From Obrimoposthia wandeli (taxonomy: Eukaryota): 64,000 nt of DNA. Location of the stretch: NCBI GenBank assembly GCA_977020255.1, contig CDROCS010000253.1:496001-560000 (forward strand), written 5' to 3'. This document shows positions 45,601 through 56,587 of this stretch, piece by piece; the first letter of the stretch is position 1, and every line of letters begins with the position of its first letter. The translations under genes and the position numbers were made by a program. The notes under the pieces are model-generated. The model made no database searches and was not told the DNA's origin. It saw nothing but the letters and a program-made list of their open reading frames with translations.

Positions 45601-46558
45601 ATGATAATGGTGTGCTATAGAGTTTCAAGCTTTGTTCTGTTTTACCTTTTACCAGTAATAATTGCCCTTGCTCTAACGTCAGTTTTTGCTTTTTATCCTC
45701 AAACTGCCAGTGCATACTACTATCAGAAAAATCAATTTGTAAGCGATTAATATCGCTATTATTGATGTGTAACCACGCAGAAAAATTAATATCCGTTCTA
45801 GTTTTATCGTCTTCAAGCACTAATACACTATCTAACCAAGGAGTGATATCAATCTGATTTGCTTGCAAGTACACTTTCCCAGTAAGTGCACTGCCTTTAT
45901 TTCCTTGTAGGTCTACTTTCAACTGCAAGTTATTTGAGCTTAAACCGTTAAGCACAACACTGCCTTCGGCCTGGTGGCGATCCTGAGTATTTAACCAACG
46001 TAGCTGGTTTAATTTTATACTGCGTGTGATGTCTTTATTACGTACCGTAATTTGACTATCACGTATAGAAAATCGCTTTATACGCTTTAAAAAAAGGTCA
46101 CTAATAACTTCAATATCATCTACTTCGTTCGCTATTTTAGCTTTACTTGAAGGATCTTTATCCTTTTTACCTAGCCACAATTTTTCGGATACATTAACTT
46201 TTGCACCTGAAATTATAAGGTTTTTTGAAATAAGGTTTTGTTCTGAGAGGGTACGCCAAAAATCAACTTGCATTTCAAGCTGCTTGATAAATACAACAGC
46301 ATTCTCCGTTTCAAGTACTTGTACATCACCAATAATCAGGATAGGCCCAGACCTTTGCCAGGTCATACTTAACGTACCAATAACGAAATTTGCTTGAGAC
46401 ATTTCGTTTAAATAGTTTTGTAGGGGCAGCTTATAATGATGGACGTAAGGTAAAAACAAACGAAAAGCACTAATTAATACCGCTAACAGCACTAACAAAA
46501 TAGCAACTGTTTTATAAAGGCGGTTTAGCCAACGGTTAGAAGTACTTACAATGCTCAT
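42599..46558 (-). CDS. yhdP: AsmA-like lipid transport protein YhdP
   Basis: 1319 aa, N-terminal TM, beta-taco repeats, C-terminal LRKLTLDFRDIF-type motif (VRKLTLDFRDIF); lies between rng and nit. Confidence 0.92.
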   Translation of the reverse strand: MSIVSTSNRWLNRLYKTVAILLVLLAVLISAFRLFLPYVHHYKLPLQNYLNEMSQANFVIGTLSMTWQRSGPILIIGDVQVLETENAVVFIKQLEMQVDFWRTLSEQNLISKNLIISGAKVNVSEKLWLGKKDKDPSSKAKIANEVDDIEVISDLFLKRIKRFSIRDSQITVRNKDITRSIKLNQLRWLNTQDRHQAEGSVVLNGLSSNNLQLKVDLQGNKGSALTGKVYLQANQIDITPWLDSVLVLEDDKTRTDINFSAWLHINNSDINRLQIDFSDSSMHWQFEDKKQKLTLEQGQLLLVKGKTEQSLKLYSTPLSLQLNEKKPQQFTAMLAKQEKDVSLHLSEIDVAMLAQLTPLIVEKKATRNLLSEMTLTGKITDLYIRHQNNELQIVTNFSAFNNSYSHGIPGLENVSGKLSYADNYLAVDFNAEQGKLDFDKLFVEAFPYQKLSGQLNAAFDDKGWALTVEEFDFLSKEINLSAQVKVEAPIDSEVNLALLVNVSNGNAGLVGRYLPLPIMSTNLVNYLNAAVVSGRVENAQVLINGPISRFPFTDGSGIFVVDAELSKSEFKFVENWPAITDFVANLNFTNNSMLITGRGGKLTGLDVTGVSAGIADLAHGQILTVDAEIKPTQARYIGDLMNQSPFQDSVGSVLEQLKINGEVSGEFHLNLPLNNNEQALASGSIHFDNNQVALQAPRMNFSEVQGQFNFSNDKISTKNLTLLWQGLPITLDISGMDKADYYNTEINLAALWQESTWLPSVPEKLRRYTQGELAWQGKLSLNQHHEGGFSYSANFDSELNNTQLLLPAPYQRNEQQENALSVQINGNIGQSTVVLSYGDKLHFSGLLEHQSTAFTRANLMFGKGTMALPGDGFHITTKLAHADFSKWQPLISDILGSTNQPSINAKQENLMSVEQANSMPFLAKPKRIRGSIGQLKILGQDLHNVSFNLLDKSQWWLLQLNAKETRSQLKIYPDWLAQGLDINAEFLTLPQNNEAKEATLSPLSQQPDKAENDIVFANIPPMKFHCDRCTIGLLNLGKVDIDVKRVDHQTVEFTNFTATRDKTTLNLTGRWLHNEQESTTSLAGKLAVDDIETELKAAGYESIIKDSGAKVEVNLNWAGGLHDFVLSQLNGTVNGRLDDGYLADVSDKAKIFSVLSLKSLVRKLTLDFRDIFSDGMFYSNIKGSYQLNQGLLTTNNTEMNGTAGDLFMTGHTNLVTGELDYEMSYKPNLTSSLPVLAWIATLNPVTFLAGVAIDQVIKSQVVSEFKFKLTGTIENPDFQEVNRKSRDVSVDTTVPTEDAKQEDSTIETPPTSKDKATNG

Positions 46559-46608
46559 TAAAACTTAGCGTATCCTATATTTGTTATGATGCGATTACCC
46601 AAAGCTAA

Positions 46609-48066
46609 TTACATCATAACAACGTCAAATTGTTCCTGATTATACATGGGTTCGGCTTGTACTTTAATTAACTTACCAATAAAAACTTCAACTTCAGCTA
46701 AGTTATGGTATTCATCGTTAACCAGCGAATTACTCACCGCAGTTGATGCATAAACAGTGAATTTATCTGCGTCATGAGCACGATTTACGCGTACTATTTC
46801 TCTGAGTATTTCAAAACAAACAGTTTCTACTGTTTTTAAGTGACCGCGGCCAGTACAAAGTGGACACTCACCACACAATACATGCTCTAAGCTTTCACGT
46901 GTTCTTTGGCGTGTCATTTCAACCAAACCAAGGGCTGAAAAACCATGAAGACTATATTTAACCTTATCTTTGCTCATTGCCATATCTAGGCTGTGCAATA
47001 CGCGACGTTTGTGGTCTTCATTATGCATGTCAATAAAATCGACAATGATAATACCACCGAGGTTTCTTAATCTTAGTTGCCTAGCGATAACTTGTGTTGC
47101 TTCAATATTGGTACTAAAGATGGTATCGGCTAAGTTTCGATGCCCAACAAAAGCACCAGTATTGATATCGATGGTTGTCATGGCTTCGGTTTGATCAATG
47201 ATTAAATAACCACCTGATTTAAGTTCTATTTTGCGATGTAAAGCACGCTGAATTTCTCGTTCAACAGAAAACAAATCAAAAATAGGTAACTCACCTGGAT
47301 AATACTCTAATAAAGGTGTGAGTTCAGGTACGAATTCTTCAGTAAAAACAGCTAATTCTTGAAAAGTCAGATTAGAGTCAATACGAATACGTTCAAGGTT
47401 AATACCAACAAAATCTCTTAACACTCGAAAAGATAACGATAGATCTTGATAGAGAGGTAAAGTAGTTTGCTTACGTTGTTTGCGCGCTAACACTTTATGC
47501 CATACTCGGCGTAAAAACTCAGCATCATGTTGCAAGTCTAATTCACCAGCGCCTTCTCCGGCAGTGCGAACAATAAAGCCTTGTTGTTCATCACAATACG
47601 GGCTAACAATGTCTTTTAAACGATCTCGCTCTTTTGCATCTTCGATGCGTAATGAAATACCCGCATGTTGAGAATTAGGCATTAGCACGAGATAACGTGA
47701 AGCAATAGTAATATCAGTTGTTAAACGTGCACCTTTTGAGCCAAGCGGATCTTTAACCACTTGCACCATGATATGTTGACCTTCATGTACTAAAGATCGA
47801 ATGTCAGGTACCTGATCAGTTTCTTCTTTTAAGATGAGTTTGCTATTAATATCTGAGGCATGTAAAAATGCCGCTTTATCAAGGTTAATATCTACAAAAG
47901 CGGCTTGCATACCCGGTAATACACGGATGACTTTACCTAAGTAGATATTACCAACAATGCCACGTTTTGCTTGTCGCTCTATATGCACTTCTTGCAATGA
48001 GCCATTTTCGATCAAAGCAACTCGTGTTTCGCTAGGCGTAACATTGATTAATAATTCAGCACTCAT
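46609..48066 (-). CDS. rng: Ribonuclease G
   Basis: MSAELLINVTPSETRVAL, S1 domain, IDINTG, LRNLGGIIIVDFIDM. Confidence 0.97.
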   Translation of the reverse strand: MSAELLINVTPSETRVALIENGSLQEVHIERQAKRGIVGNIYLGKVIRVLPGMQAAFVDINLDKAAFLHASDINSKLILKEETDQVPDIRSLVHEGQHIMVQVVKDPLGSKGARLTTDITIASRYLVLMPNSQHAGISLRIEDAKERDRLKDIVSPYCDEQQGFIVRTAGEGAGELDLQHDAEFLRRVWHKVLARKQRKQTTLPLYQDLSLSFRVLRDFVGINLERIRIDSNLTFQELAVFTEEFVPELTPLLEYYPGELPIFDLFSVEREIQRALHRKIELKSGGYLIIDQTEAMTTIDINTGAFVGHRNLADTIFSTNIEATQVIARQLRLRNLGGIIIVDFIDMHNEDHKRRVLHSLDMAMSKDKVKYSLHGFSALGLVEMTRQRTRESLEHVLCGECPLCTGRGHLKTVETVCFEILREIVRVNRAHDADKFTVYASTAVSNSLVNDEYHNLAEVEVFIGKLIKVQAEPMYNQEQFDVVMM

Positions 48067-48113
48067 AAATATCCTTTATTTCAAACAGTAGTTCAAAAAA
48101 TCAGTTGAAAAAA

Positions 48114-48743
48114 TTATTTCGTATGAATACTGCCAACAAAACCAGCTTTAGCCAGTAATTGGGCAGTTTCATATAGTGGTAAACCAACAACGGCAGAATA
48201 GCTGCCGTTGATGGTTTTAACAAATTGTCCTGCAATCCCCTGAATACCGTAACTTCCCGCTTTATCTTGGGGTTCACCCGTCAACCAGTAAGCTGAAATT
48301 TCAGCCTTTGTTAGCGTCTTAAAAACAACGTCAGTGGTAATAACTTGCCCCTGCATACCCGCTTGACTCACAAGTGCAATAGCCGTTAAGACTTGATGCT
48401 GATTGTTTGATAACAAAGACAAAGTATTAATACAGTCTTCTTCATTATCTGGCTTGCCTAGAATTTTACCCTTAAATACCACACTGGTATCTGAGCCTAA
48501 GACATAACTATTTACTTGTTCAGCTTCAGGTAATAAATTTAGAATATGTTGGGCTTTCTGTTTTGCTAAGCGCAGTACATACTCATACGCAGTTTCAGCT
48601 TTTTCTACCGCCTCATCAATATCACTTGCCTGAACAGAAAATTGATAGCCCAATTGCGCTAATAATTCTCTTCGTCTAGGTGATTGCGAAGCCAATATCA
48701 GTTTTTGACTTGTACTTGTTGAGTTAGCTATTACGTTGGTCAT
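48114..48743 (-). CDS. maf: Maf-family nucleotide pyrophosphatase (YhdE)
   Basis: LILASQSPRRRELL, GSDT, DKAGSYGIQG, VVGLPL. Confidence 0.95.
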   Translation of the reverse strand: MTNVIANSTSTSQKLILASQSPRRRELLAQLGYQFSVQASDIDEAVEKAETAYEYVLRLAKQKAQHILNLLPEAEQVNSYVLGSDTSVVFKGKILGKPDNEEDCINTLSLLSNNQHQVLTAIALVSQAGMQGQVITTDVVFKTLTKAEISAYWLTGEPQDKAGSYGIQGIAGQFVKTINGSYSAVVGLPLYETAQLLAKAGFVGSIHTK

Positions 48744-48764
48744 AAAAATTATTCACTATTGGTA

Positions 48765-49028
48765 TATACCCGTTGCCAATCAAGATACATGTTTCAGAGT
48801 GCTTGAGCAATTTCAATTCAAGGCGCTGTGATGAAACAATGGTTATTCCATTATAAATCACAGCAACGATGAAGTGATTTTTCTCAAGCGCTTCTGCGAT
48901 GGGTTTAAAGTGACTTTATTCTTCGTCAAATAATCAAAGTATAGAGTGACTATGCTTAAATTATTTTCCTTGCCTAAAGTCATTTTAATTCCCACTGAAA
49001 TCCTGCACTTTGAATGGTAACGGGTATA
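48765..49028. mobile_element. ERIC-like MITE, copy E (type-2 termini, 264 bp)
   Basis: TIRs TATACCCGTTGCCAATCAAG / CTTTGAATGGTAACGGGTATA; two inverted CAAGG-stem-loop modules. Confidence 0.9.
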
Positions 49029-49082
49029 GCTAGTCCTTGAGAAAGTGTGGAGTGATTCAATGCATGCTCATTTAACGCATTG

Positions 49083-49562
49083 CTATTTAATACCGAAGTG
49101 ACGGCGAACACGGCGTAATAATAAAAATACCCATGGCCAAAGTACAATAGTAGTTACTACTGGATATAAATAATTAGGTAAAAAGACAACATCACTTAAG
49201 AAGCGTTGCAACCAAAAAACAACAAGATGGTATTGCGCTGAGAGTACACCAATAATGAGTGCTTGTTGCCAAACCGAGAAATTTCTAATTTTTTGAAAAT
49301 TAACTACCACAATATAAACAGATAAAACCATGGCACAAGCATGAACACCAAGTACAGAGCCCAGTAAAACATCAAGAATAAAGCCCATCACCCAAGCAGT
49401 AAAAATATTCACTTTATTAGGTAACGCTAAGCACCAGTATACCAAAACAATAAGCACCCAATCGGGACGAAATGCATCAACACTCAATGGCATAGGGGTA
49501 ATACTTGCCATCAAAGCAATCAGTAAGGTTAAGAAAATAATAAAGCCATTATTGCTAAACAT
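49083..49562 (-). CDS. mreD: Rod shape protein MreD
   Basis: RPDWVLIVLVYW, LWPWVFLLLRRVRR. Confidence 0.96.
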   Translation of the reverse strand: MFSNNGFIIFLTLLIALMASITPMPLSVDAFRPDWVLIVLVYWCLALPNKVNIFTAWVMGFILDVLLGSVLGVHACAMVLSVYIVVVNFQKIRNFSVWQQALIIGVLSAQYHLVVFWLQRFLSDVVFLPNYLYPVVTTIVLWPWVFLLLRRVRRHFGIK

Positions 49563-50458
49563 TATAATTTCCCTACCGCTGTAGTAATTTTTCTCGAGCT
49601 AGTACTCTTAATAACCTGCGCCTTCGTTGGCTCTTTAGCAAGCCCCTTAGAAAGCAGTAGCATATAACGTAATCGATCAATTTGAGCTACTGGTTCGCTA
49701 AAAATAGTCGCAAATTCTCGTGATTCATCGGTACGTACTAATACAACACGGGAAACAGGATAGCCTTCTGGGTACTTACCACCCAAACCTGAGGTGACTA
49801 ATAAATCACCTTCTTTCACATCAGCGCTATGCGGAACAAAGTTATGAATGAGTCGATCAATTTGACCACTGCCAGAAGCTATAAGTCTTAAGCCGTTTCG
49901 TTGCACACGTACCGGGATAGCATGAGATATATCACTGATTAAAATTACCCGCGAGCTACTCACCCCCACATGTAATATTTGTCCAACAATACCTTTTTCA
50001 TCAAGTACTGGTTGACCTTCATAAACACCATCATTGGCGCCGCGATTAATCACTACTTGGTGAGAATAAGGATCACTATCAACTGATAATATTTCGGCAA
50101 ACATCTTTTTTATTTCACCACGAACGGGTGACGAAAGTAATAGACGTAATCTTTCATTTTCTTGACGCACAATACTTAACTGCATCACTTGTTCATGAAA
50201 AAACAGTTCATTTTCACGAAAATTTTGATTTTCTTCCATGAGTTGCTGGCGAATAACTATATTTTCTGAAGCCCAAGTCATCATTTGCTTAGGCGCATTA
50301 GCCATATATTGCAACGGGCTAACTAAGGACTGTAAATAACCACGTGCGGTTTCAAAACTCGACATTTTATGGTCGAAAAAAATCAAGGCCACCGAACAGC
50401 AAAGCACCAAGATAAGTCGGTGTGCTGGTGATGTACCTTGATTAAAAATTGGGTTCAT
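49562..50458 (-). CDS. mreC: Rod shape protein MreC
   Basis: ENERLRLLL, GDLLVTSGLGGKYPEGYPV. Confidence 0.96.
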   Translation of the reverse strand: MNPIFNQGTSPAHRLILVLCCSVALIFFDHKMSSFETARGYLQSLVSPLQYMANAPKQMMTWASENIVIRQQLMEENQNFRENELFFHEQVMQLSIVRQENERLRLLLSSPVRGEIKKMFAEILSVDSDPYSHQVVINRGANDGVYEGQPVLDEKGIVGQILHVGVSSSRVILISDISHAIPVRVQRNGLRLIASGSGQIDRLIHNFVPHSADVKEGDLLVTSGLGGKYPEGYPVSRVVLVRTDESREFATIFSEPVAQIDRLRYMLLLSKGLAKEPTKAQVIKSTSSRKITTAVGKL

Positions 50459-50656
50459 ATAAGTTACAAACTTGAGGGGTAAGGTTTTGATACTATAAAG
50501 AGAATAAAGTTCAACAATATAGCAGCATAACTTTCAATCAATAATTTATTCACAGGAATTTCGCTCAAGTACAAGACAATAGCACGGAGTTGACGTTAGT
50601 CAATGAGTACTATTAACGCCGTAACTGAGTTAAATGACACAGAAGAAAAATTGATT

Positions 50657-51724
<1,068 letters not shown>

Positions 51725-52001
51725 CTAATTAAGTAAACGCTGTTAAATGCGAATGGCAGATCGGATAATCATACCTTAGTCTTAAGCTAATGTGTTGCTT
51801 TTTTTAAAAGAAACAGTAAAGAAAAAGTAAAGAAATATACGGCAGCAGTTTTCTATAAAAATTTGCTACAAGGAGGTGAGAATATAGCGCCTTACTTGAG
51901 GAGAAAGTGATAAAATATCCCTTTCTTATCTTTCATTCTCCCCCTCCTCTTTCGAATACTTATATGACTTTCTTTCAAATGCAGGAATTTAGTAAACTCC
52001 C

Positions 52002-55000
52002 TTAGCGAGAGATTTCACGTTGATAAATAATACGATCATTACCGCGGTATATACCAAATGTGGCAACAGCACGAGGGTTGTCATTATACAATCCATCTAC
52101 TCCCTCATCGTCATAGCCCCAATCGTATTTCAACCAATCACTAATGCCATAAATAACCCCAACTTTACCTGTATTAATATTTGTCGGGGAAGTTGTTGGC
52201 GCTGTAAGTACAATACTTCGAGTTTCACCCAAAGGTAACTTATCAGTAAACGCTCCTGACACAGGCTCTTTCACTTCAGTTTTTGTCGGGTCTAAACCTT
52301 CATCCGTTAAAGAAATATTGGTAGAATCATATGTAGTACAAGTATCTATTTCATTCAATACATAACCTTTGTCGGTGTAATAATGAATTGACAATGTTTG
52401 GGGTAAATCTGAAGTATCAGGACCATAGCTATTTTCAAGTTGAGCACGACCAAAGCGTATTTCTTTACTTTCTGGCTTTAACACCCACAAACGATTATTA
52501 TCACTGTCATTATCACTGTCGATAGCCAATACATCATCAGAATCTTTTATATTACTTATCCCTAATTCTATTAGGCTAGGAAAAGGGAAAATTTCTGCAT
52601 TTTGTTCATGAAGATAAACAAAGTTATCATTAACATTAAATGCATAAGTTATAACGCCATTAGCTTCTTCTGGTAAAGTGCCTTCACTTAAGTTAGCAAG
52701 TAACTTAATTGTATCACCTAATAAACCTACTTTATTCGGAGTTGCATCTTCAAGTGGAATGATATATTCGACATCCTCCGCTGAAAACTTAATAAAATCA
52801 CCCGTATAATTCTGTGTAGTAGTACATTTATCACTAGGACAAATAGATGATTTAGCCGTAATTAATAGTTCTGGTTGAAATAAGTGTTCATATTGTAGAG
52901 CACCTTTATTGTCACCTACGCTACTTACTTGCCCCGTATATGCGAATGCCATTTCACTGCTAGGTGAAGTGATATCACAAACAGAAATAATACTACCGTC
53001 GAAACCTGTGCTTAACTCAAAATGATCAGGAATAAAACGTCCTACATAAGGCTCATAACCTTGAACATCACTCGAACCTAAATAAGCACCACTCGTTAAA
53101 TTGGCACTAAAACTAATAATACCCACCTCCGAATATGTCATATCAGTATTGGTGGCTATACCTTGTTCATCACTGCCTCCCGATGAAAAGCTATCAAAAG
53201 TAACGCTAGATAAAGTGCCTAAAACGCCGAAAGTAGGAAGAGTAGATAAATTTGGGAGTACCATACTCGGTGATATTTTTGCTGTTTCAGGCATTTGCTC
53301 ATTGCCGAAGTTCTTTGTAACTTCGTTATCGGACAGGTCTGTATCATTATCAGCTTGCCACTGTACCGCTTTCAATACGGTAGAAAACTCTTCACCTGCC
53401 GCAATAAATTTGATCCCTCCTGCTGTTTCCGCTTTTTGGTTACCAACTACGTTAATAGAAAAAGCAAAAGGTCTAACAACGAACTGATTAGACGTACCAA
53501 GCATATAATTACCACTTGGATCGCCATTTTCATCTGGAATATTATAACGAGCATGAAGCTGAATTTTACCCGCATCAGGATAAGAGAGAATAAACTCAGC
53601 GCTGTTAACCGTATTATCACTAAAATTTAGGCCGACTGGACTGTATGAGAGTACAGCGTTATTATCGAGAGTGATTATATTGGTTGGAGTGCTTAAGTTA
53701 TTTATAGCCACTTGACTGCCCGCACACGCATTAGGATCGACACAAGTAGCCGCCATTTCAATCTCAGTGGTATTAATGAAAGTTGCTTGGCAGGCCCCTG
53801 TGTCAGGATTTTTTTCAATCGCTTGAATCTTCAATGTGTTTGATGGTTTTGCTGATACTTGTGTAGGTATAGGATTAGCTTCTCTATCTTCAAAAAACCT
53901 AAAACCTGTATCAGCAAAAACAATATCGCAAAGGTTAGGACTTCCACCGACACAAACGGTTGCACTAGTTGACGGAATAGTTTCATTTATCACCCCTAAT
54001 GTTAATGTATCTGCAGTCGTTTGACTCAAACTTACCGTTGTACTACCAGTGAAGGTAAGTGCCTCTTTGGTGATACCATCACTCTGAAAGTCCAAAGAAA
54101 CTGACACGGAACTCAGAGGAGAACAAACGCTGTTCGTGCAAGCTTTAATTGTGATAGTTTCGGGTGCGCAGGTTAAGCCATCGCCATTATGCTCAATTTG
54201 ATAGTGATCAATTGCAGGCCCGCCACAAACTCCAAATTGCACCTTACCGTTGAGAGCGCCGTGTTCTAAAATTTCATAACCTGTAGGCGCAGCATTCGTA
54301 CGGATGTCATTGGCAATGGATATTTCTAAATAATCACCGCCGCCACGTTCAAAAAATATCGCCGCTATATCAAAAATAGAATCTTCAGTTAAGGTAAAAG
54401 ATCCGCCCGTATTTGAATTACCCGTTGGTTGTTCATACCTTAATTCATTACTCTCACCTATGGTTGAAAGACCAAATTTGTTGAATACAACCGTATCACC
54501 AAACAGCGTATCCATGATAAAACTAAAACCGTCATCAGCCTCAACATAAATAGTGTAATCACCTGCGGGCAAGCTGAGCGTTCCAGAGGTATGCACTAAA
54601 AAATCTGAACCACCAACCCCCGGATAGGGTAATGTACTTGAAAAATCGTGCCTTGAACCACCAAAGTCTATACGATCAACTGTACTTGAACCACTTGCAG
54701 TAACATTATAGGTGGCATTATCGATAAACCCTGTTGCAGGTGAACCTGCAGTCAGCCACTCAGCATGAATTGCTAGCGCTTCAGTGGTTGTGTTTATCTG
54801 AGTATTGCTACCATTACTATCAATTTTAATACCGACTGCGTTTAGCTGGCCAGGAATGGAATCACATACAGCATCACACTGCACAGGATCACGCATGGTG
54901 CCGTCATAGTTTTTATTAGCTAGTTGGTTGTTATAAATTGTTGATATGCTATCAGCCGTTAATGCGACATCATAAACAAGAAACTCATCTAATGGCGCTC

Positions 55001-56093
55001 TAAAGCCTTGTGGATTACTGCTATTAATACCATCAAAAGAGGTACCAATGAATTTAAGTGTTCCTGAAGGTACTCTAGCGATTGTATCCACTAAACCACC
55101 GTCAATATAAAGTTGTGTTTTACCCACAGAATATACTAACGTTAAGTGATGCCAGTTATTATCTAAAGTGCCAAAAGAGTAACGACCAAGTGTTGGGCCA
55201 GAAAGATTATAAACTCCCCATCTCCAACCATTATCTCTATCAATATAAAGTAAATCTCCACCATTTTGCATAGCCCCTAAAACAAAAGCAGGGTTACCTG
55301 AAGCCGATGTGGGTATTTTAAACCACGTGGATACAGAAAAACTGGCAGGTAGGGGAATAGCCGTTTCAATATGGTGATCTGCATTGGATATATCAGCAAA
55401 CCGTTCAATTTTACCAGCGTTATTGGTATCAACACGACTAAAAGACTGACCAGGGTATCTACCCATTTGATCAATTACATCACCATTTATACCGGTATAA
55501 GCACATTCATCAAAACGGTAATTAGCGATAGGTTGAACTGGCGGTATCGCACCACACATACCATTAAAATCAGCATTAGATATATAATTGGCGTTATAAT
55601 TCACATTAAAGCGATCAGCGAAACCGACAGCAACTGATGCGCCATTAATGGTCGGATTTCCAGATACTGATATTGCGCCCTTAACATATATAATCGCATT
55701 AATAACTGTACTCCCCCCTTTTATTTTCAGGTTACCATCAATCACGATGATAAGGTCCTCAGGGTTACCTGCTTCATTTATTTTGACATTTTTCCAACTA
55801 ACATTTGACCTAAAAAACAAACGAGCTGTTGTTTCTTGGGCTGTTCTTTGACCTACAAAAATTTTACCTTTATTTGGCAGGTTGGAGTTACTATAAAGGT
55901 TGTCACCTCGGGGTAAGGTTGTGTTTGTTGTTAGAGTATTTCCTGAATTATTCGCCGGAAAATTAATTAACTGGTCAGCTACGGGTGTAGATTCACGCCA
56001 GCCAGAAGAAAATACATCTAAGCATGCTGCCGCCTCAACACGGGGAAATAGAAGGAGTATCATTAAAAACGTTAAAACCAAACGTAATAGCAT
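52002..56093 (-). CDS. mshQ: MSHA pilus adhesin MshQ-like (DUF6701) with LamG-like and PA14-like modules
   Basis: 1363 aa exported protein following mshP. C-terminal YVGRFIPDHF, RFGRAQLEN and ATFGIYRGNDRIIYQRE motifs typical of MshQ. Confidence 0.85.
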   Translation of the reverse strand: MLLRLVLTFLMILLLFPRVEAAACLDVFSSGWRESTPVADQLINFPANNSGNTLTTNTTLPRGDNLYSNSNLPNKGKIFVGQRTAQETTARLFFRSNVSWKNVKINEAGNPEDLIIVIDGNLKIKGGSTVINAIIYVKGAISVSGNPTINGASVAVGFADRFNVNYNANYISNADFNGMCGAIPPVQPIANYRFDECAYTGINGDVIDQMGRYPGQSFSRVDTNNAGKIERFADISNADHHIETAIPLPASFSVSTWFKIPTSASGNPAFVLGAMQNGGDLLYIDRDNGWRWGVYNLSGPTLGRYSFGTLDNNWHHLTLVYSVGKTQLYIDGGLVDTIARVPSGTLKFIGTSFDGINSSNPQGFRAPLDEFLVYDVALTADSISTIYNNQLANKNYDGTMRDPVQCDAVCDSIPGQLNAVGIKIDSNGSNTQINTTTEALAIHAEWLTAGSPATGFIDNATYNVTASGSSTVDRIDFGGSRHDFSSTLPYPGVGGSDFLVHTSGTLSLPAGDYTIYVEADDGFSFIMDTLFGDTVVFNKFGLSTIGESNELRYEQPTGNSNTGGSFTLTEDSIFDIAAIFFERGGGDYLEISIANDIRTNAAPTGYEILEHGALNGKVQFGVCGGPAIDHYQIEHNGDGLTCAPETITIKACTNSVCSPLSSVSVSLDFQSDGITKEALTFTGSTTVSLSQTTADTLTLGVINETIPSTSATVCVGGSPNLCDIVFADTGFRFFEDREANPIPTQVSAKPSNTLKIQAIEKNPDTGACQATFINTTEIEMAATCVDPNACAGSQVAINNLSTPTNIITLDNNAVLSYSPVGLNFSDNTVNSAEFILSYPDAGKIQLHARYNIPDENGDPSGNYMLGTSNQFVVRPFAFSINVVGNQKAETAGGIKFIAAGEEFSTVLKAVQWQADNDTDLSDNEVTKNFGNEQMPETAKISPSMVLPNLSTLPTFGVLGTLSSVTFDSFSSGGSDEQGIATNTDMTYSEVGIISFSANLTSGAYLGSSDVQGYEPYVGRFIPDHFELSTGFDGSIISVCDITSPSSEMAFAYTGQVSSVGDNKGALQYEHLFQPELLITAKSSICPSDKCTTTQNYTGDFIKFSAEDVEYIIPLEDATPNKVGLLGDTIKLLANLSEGTLPEEANGVITYAFNVNDNFVYLHEQNAEIFPFPSLIELGISNIKDSDDVLAIDSDNDSDNNRLWVLKPESKEIRFGRAQLENSYGPDTSDLPQTLSIHYYTDKGYVLNEIDTCTTYDSTNISLTDEGLDPTKTEVKEPVSGAFTDKLPLGETRSIVLTAPTTSPTNINTGKVGVIYGISDWLKYDWGYDDEGVDGLYNDNPRAVATFGIYRGNDRIIYQREISR

Positions 56094-56587
56094 TACAAAC
56101 TCCGCGCTTCAACTTGAAGAGTACGGCTGCTATTTACCATATTTTTACTTCCTGCTTCCATTGTGCCACTGCCACATTTACCCGTACTGGTTAACCGGTA
56201 ATATTTCGGGCCACCAGAAGGGTCTGTTGGTTTGGGATAATAATTATCACAAGTTGTCGTAGCTTTACAGTCGTAAAGCCCTGGTATATCGGTTTTAAAA
56301 TCATAGGAGGTCGCGTTACAGACACCTGTAGCGCCATTGAGAGGAAATAGTAATTGTAATTCTGCTTGCATAGCAGAGTTGGCTGCCATATAAGCACGAG
56401 TACCTAACACCTCTTGTGATACTGTTTCACTGCTTGTGGAAATCATGCGCATTAAAACACTGCCTAACAAGGTTAATATAATAATGACAAACAAGGCCAA
56501 AATTAAAGAACTGCCTCGCTGCTTAGAGATGCGAGGTAAGTGGAGCAGTGCTTTATTTTCAGGTAATGGCTGATAATGAATAAACAT
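56093..56587 (-). CDS. mshP: MSHA minor pilin MshP (PilX-like)
   Basis: QRG-SSLILALFVIIIL prepilin-like start, GTRAYMAANSA. Confidence 0.85.
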   Translation of the reverse strand: MFIHYQPLPENKALLHLPRISKQRGSSLILALFVIIILTLLGSVLMRMISTSSETVSQEVLGTRAYMAANSAMQAELQLLFPLNGATGVCNATSYDFKTDIPGLYDCKATTTCDNYYPKPTDPSGGPKYYRLTSTGKCGSGTMEAGSKNMVNSSRTLQVEARSL

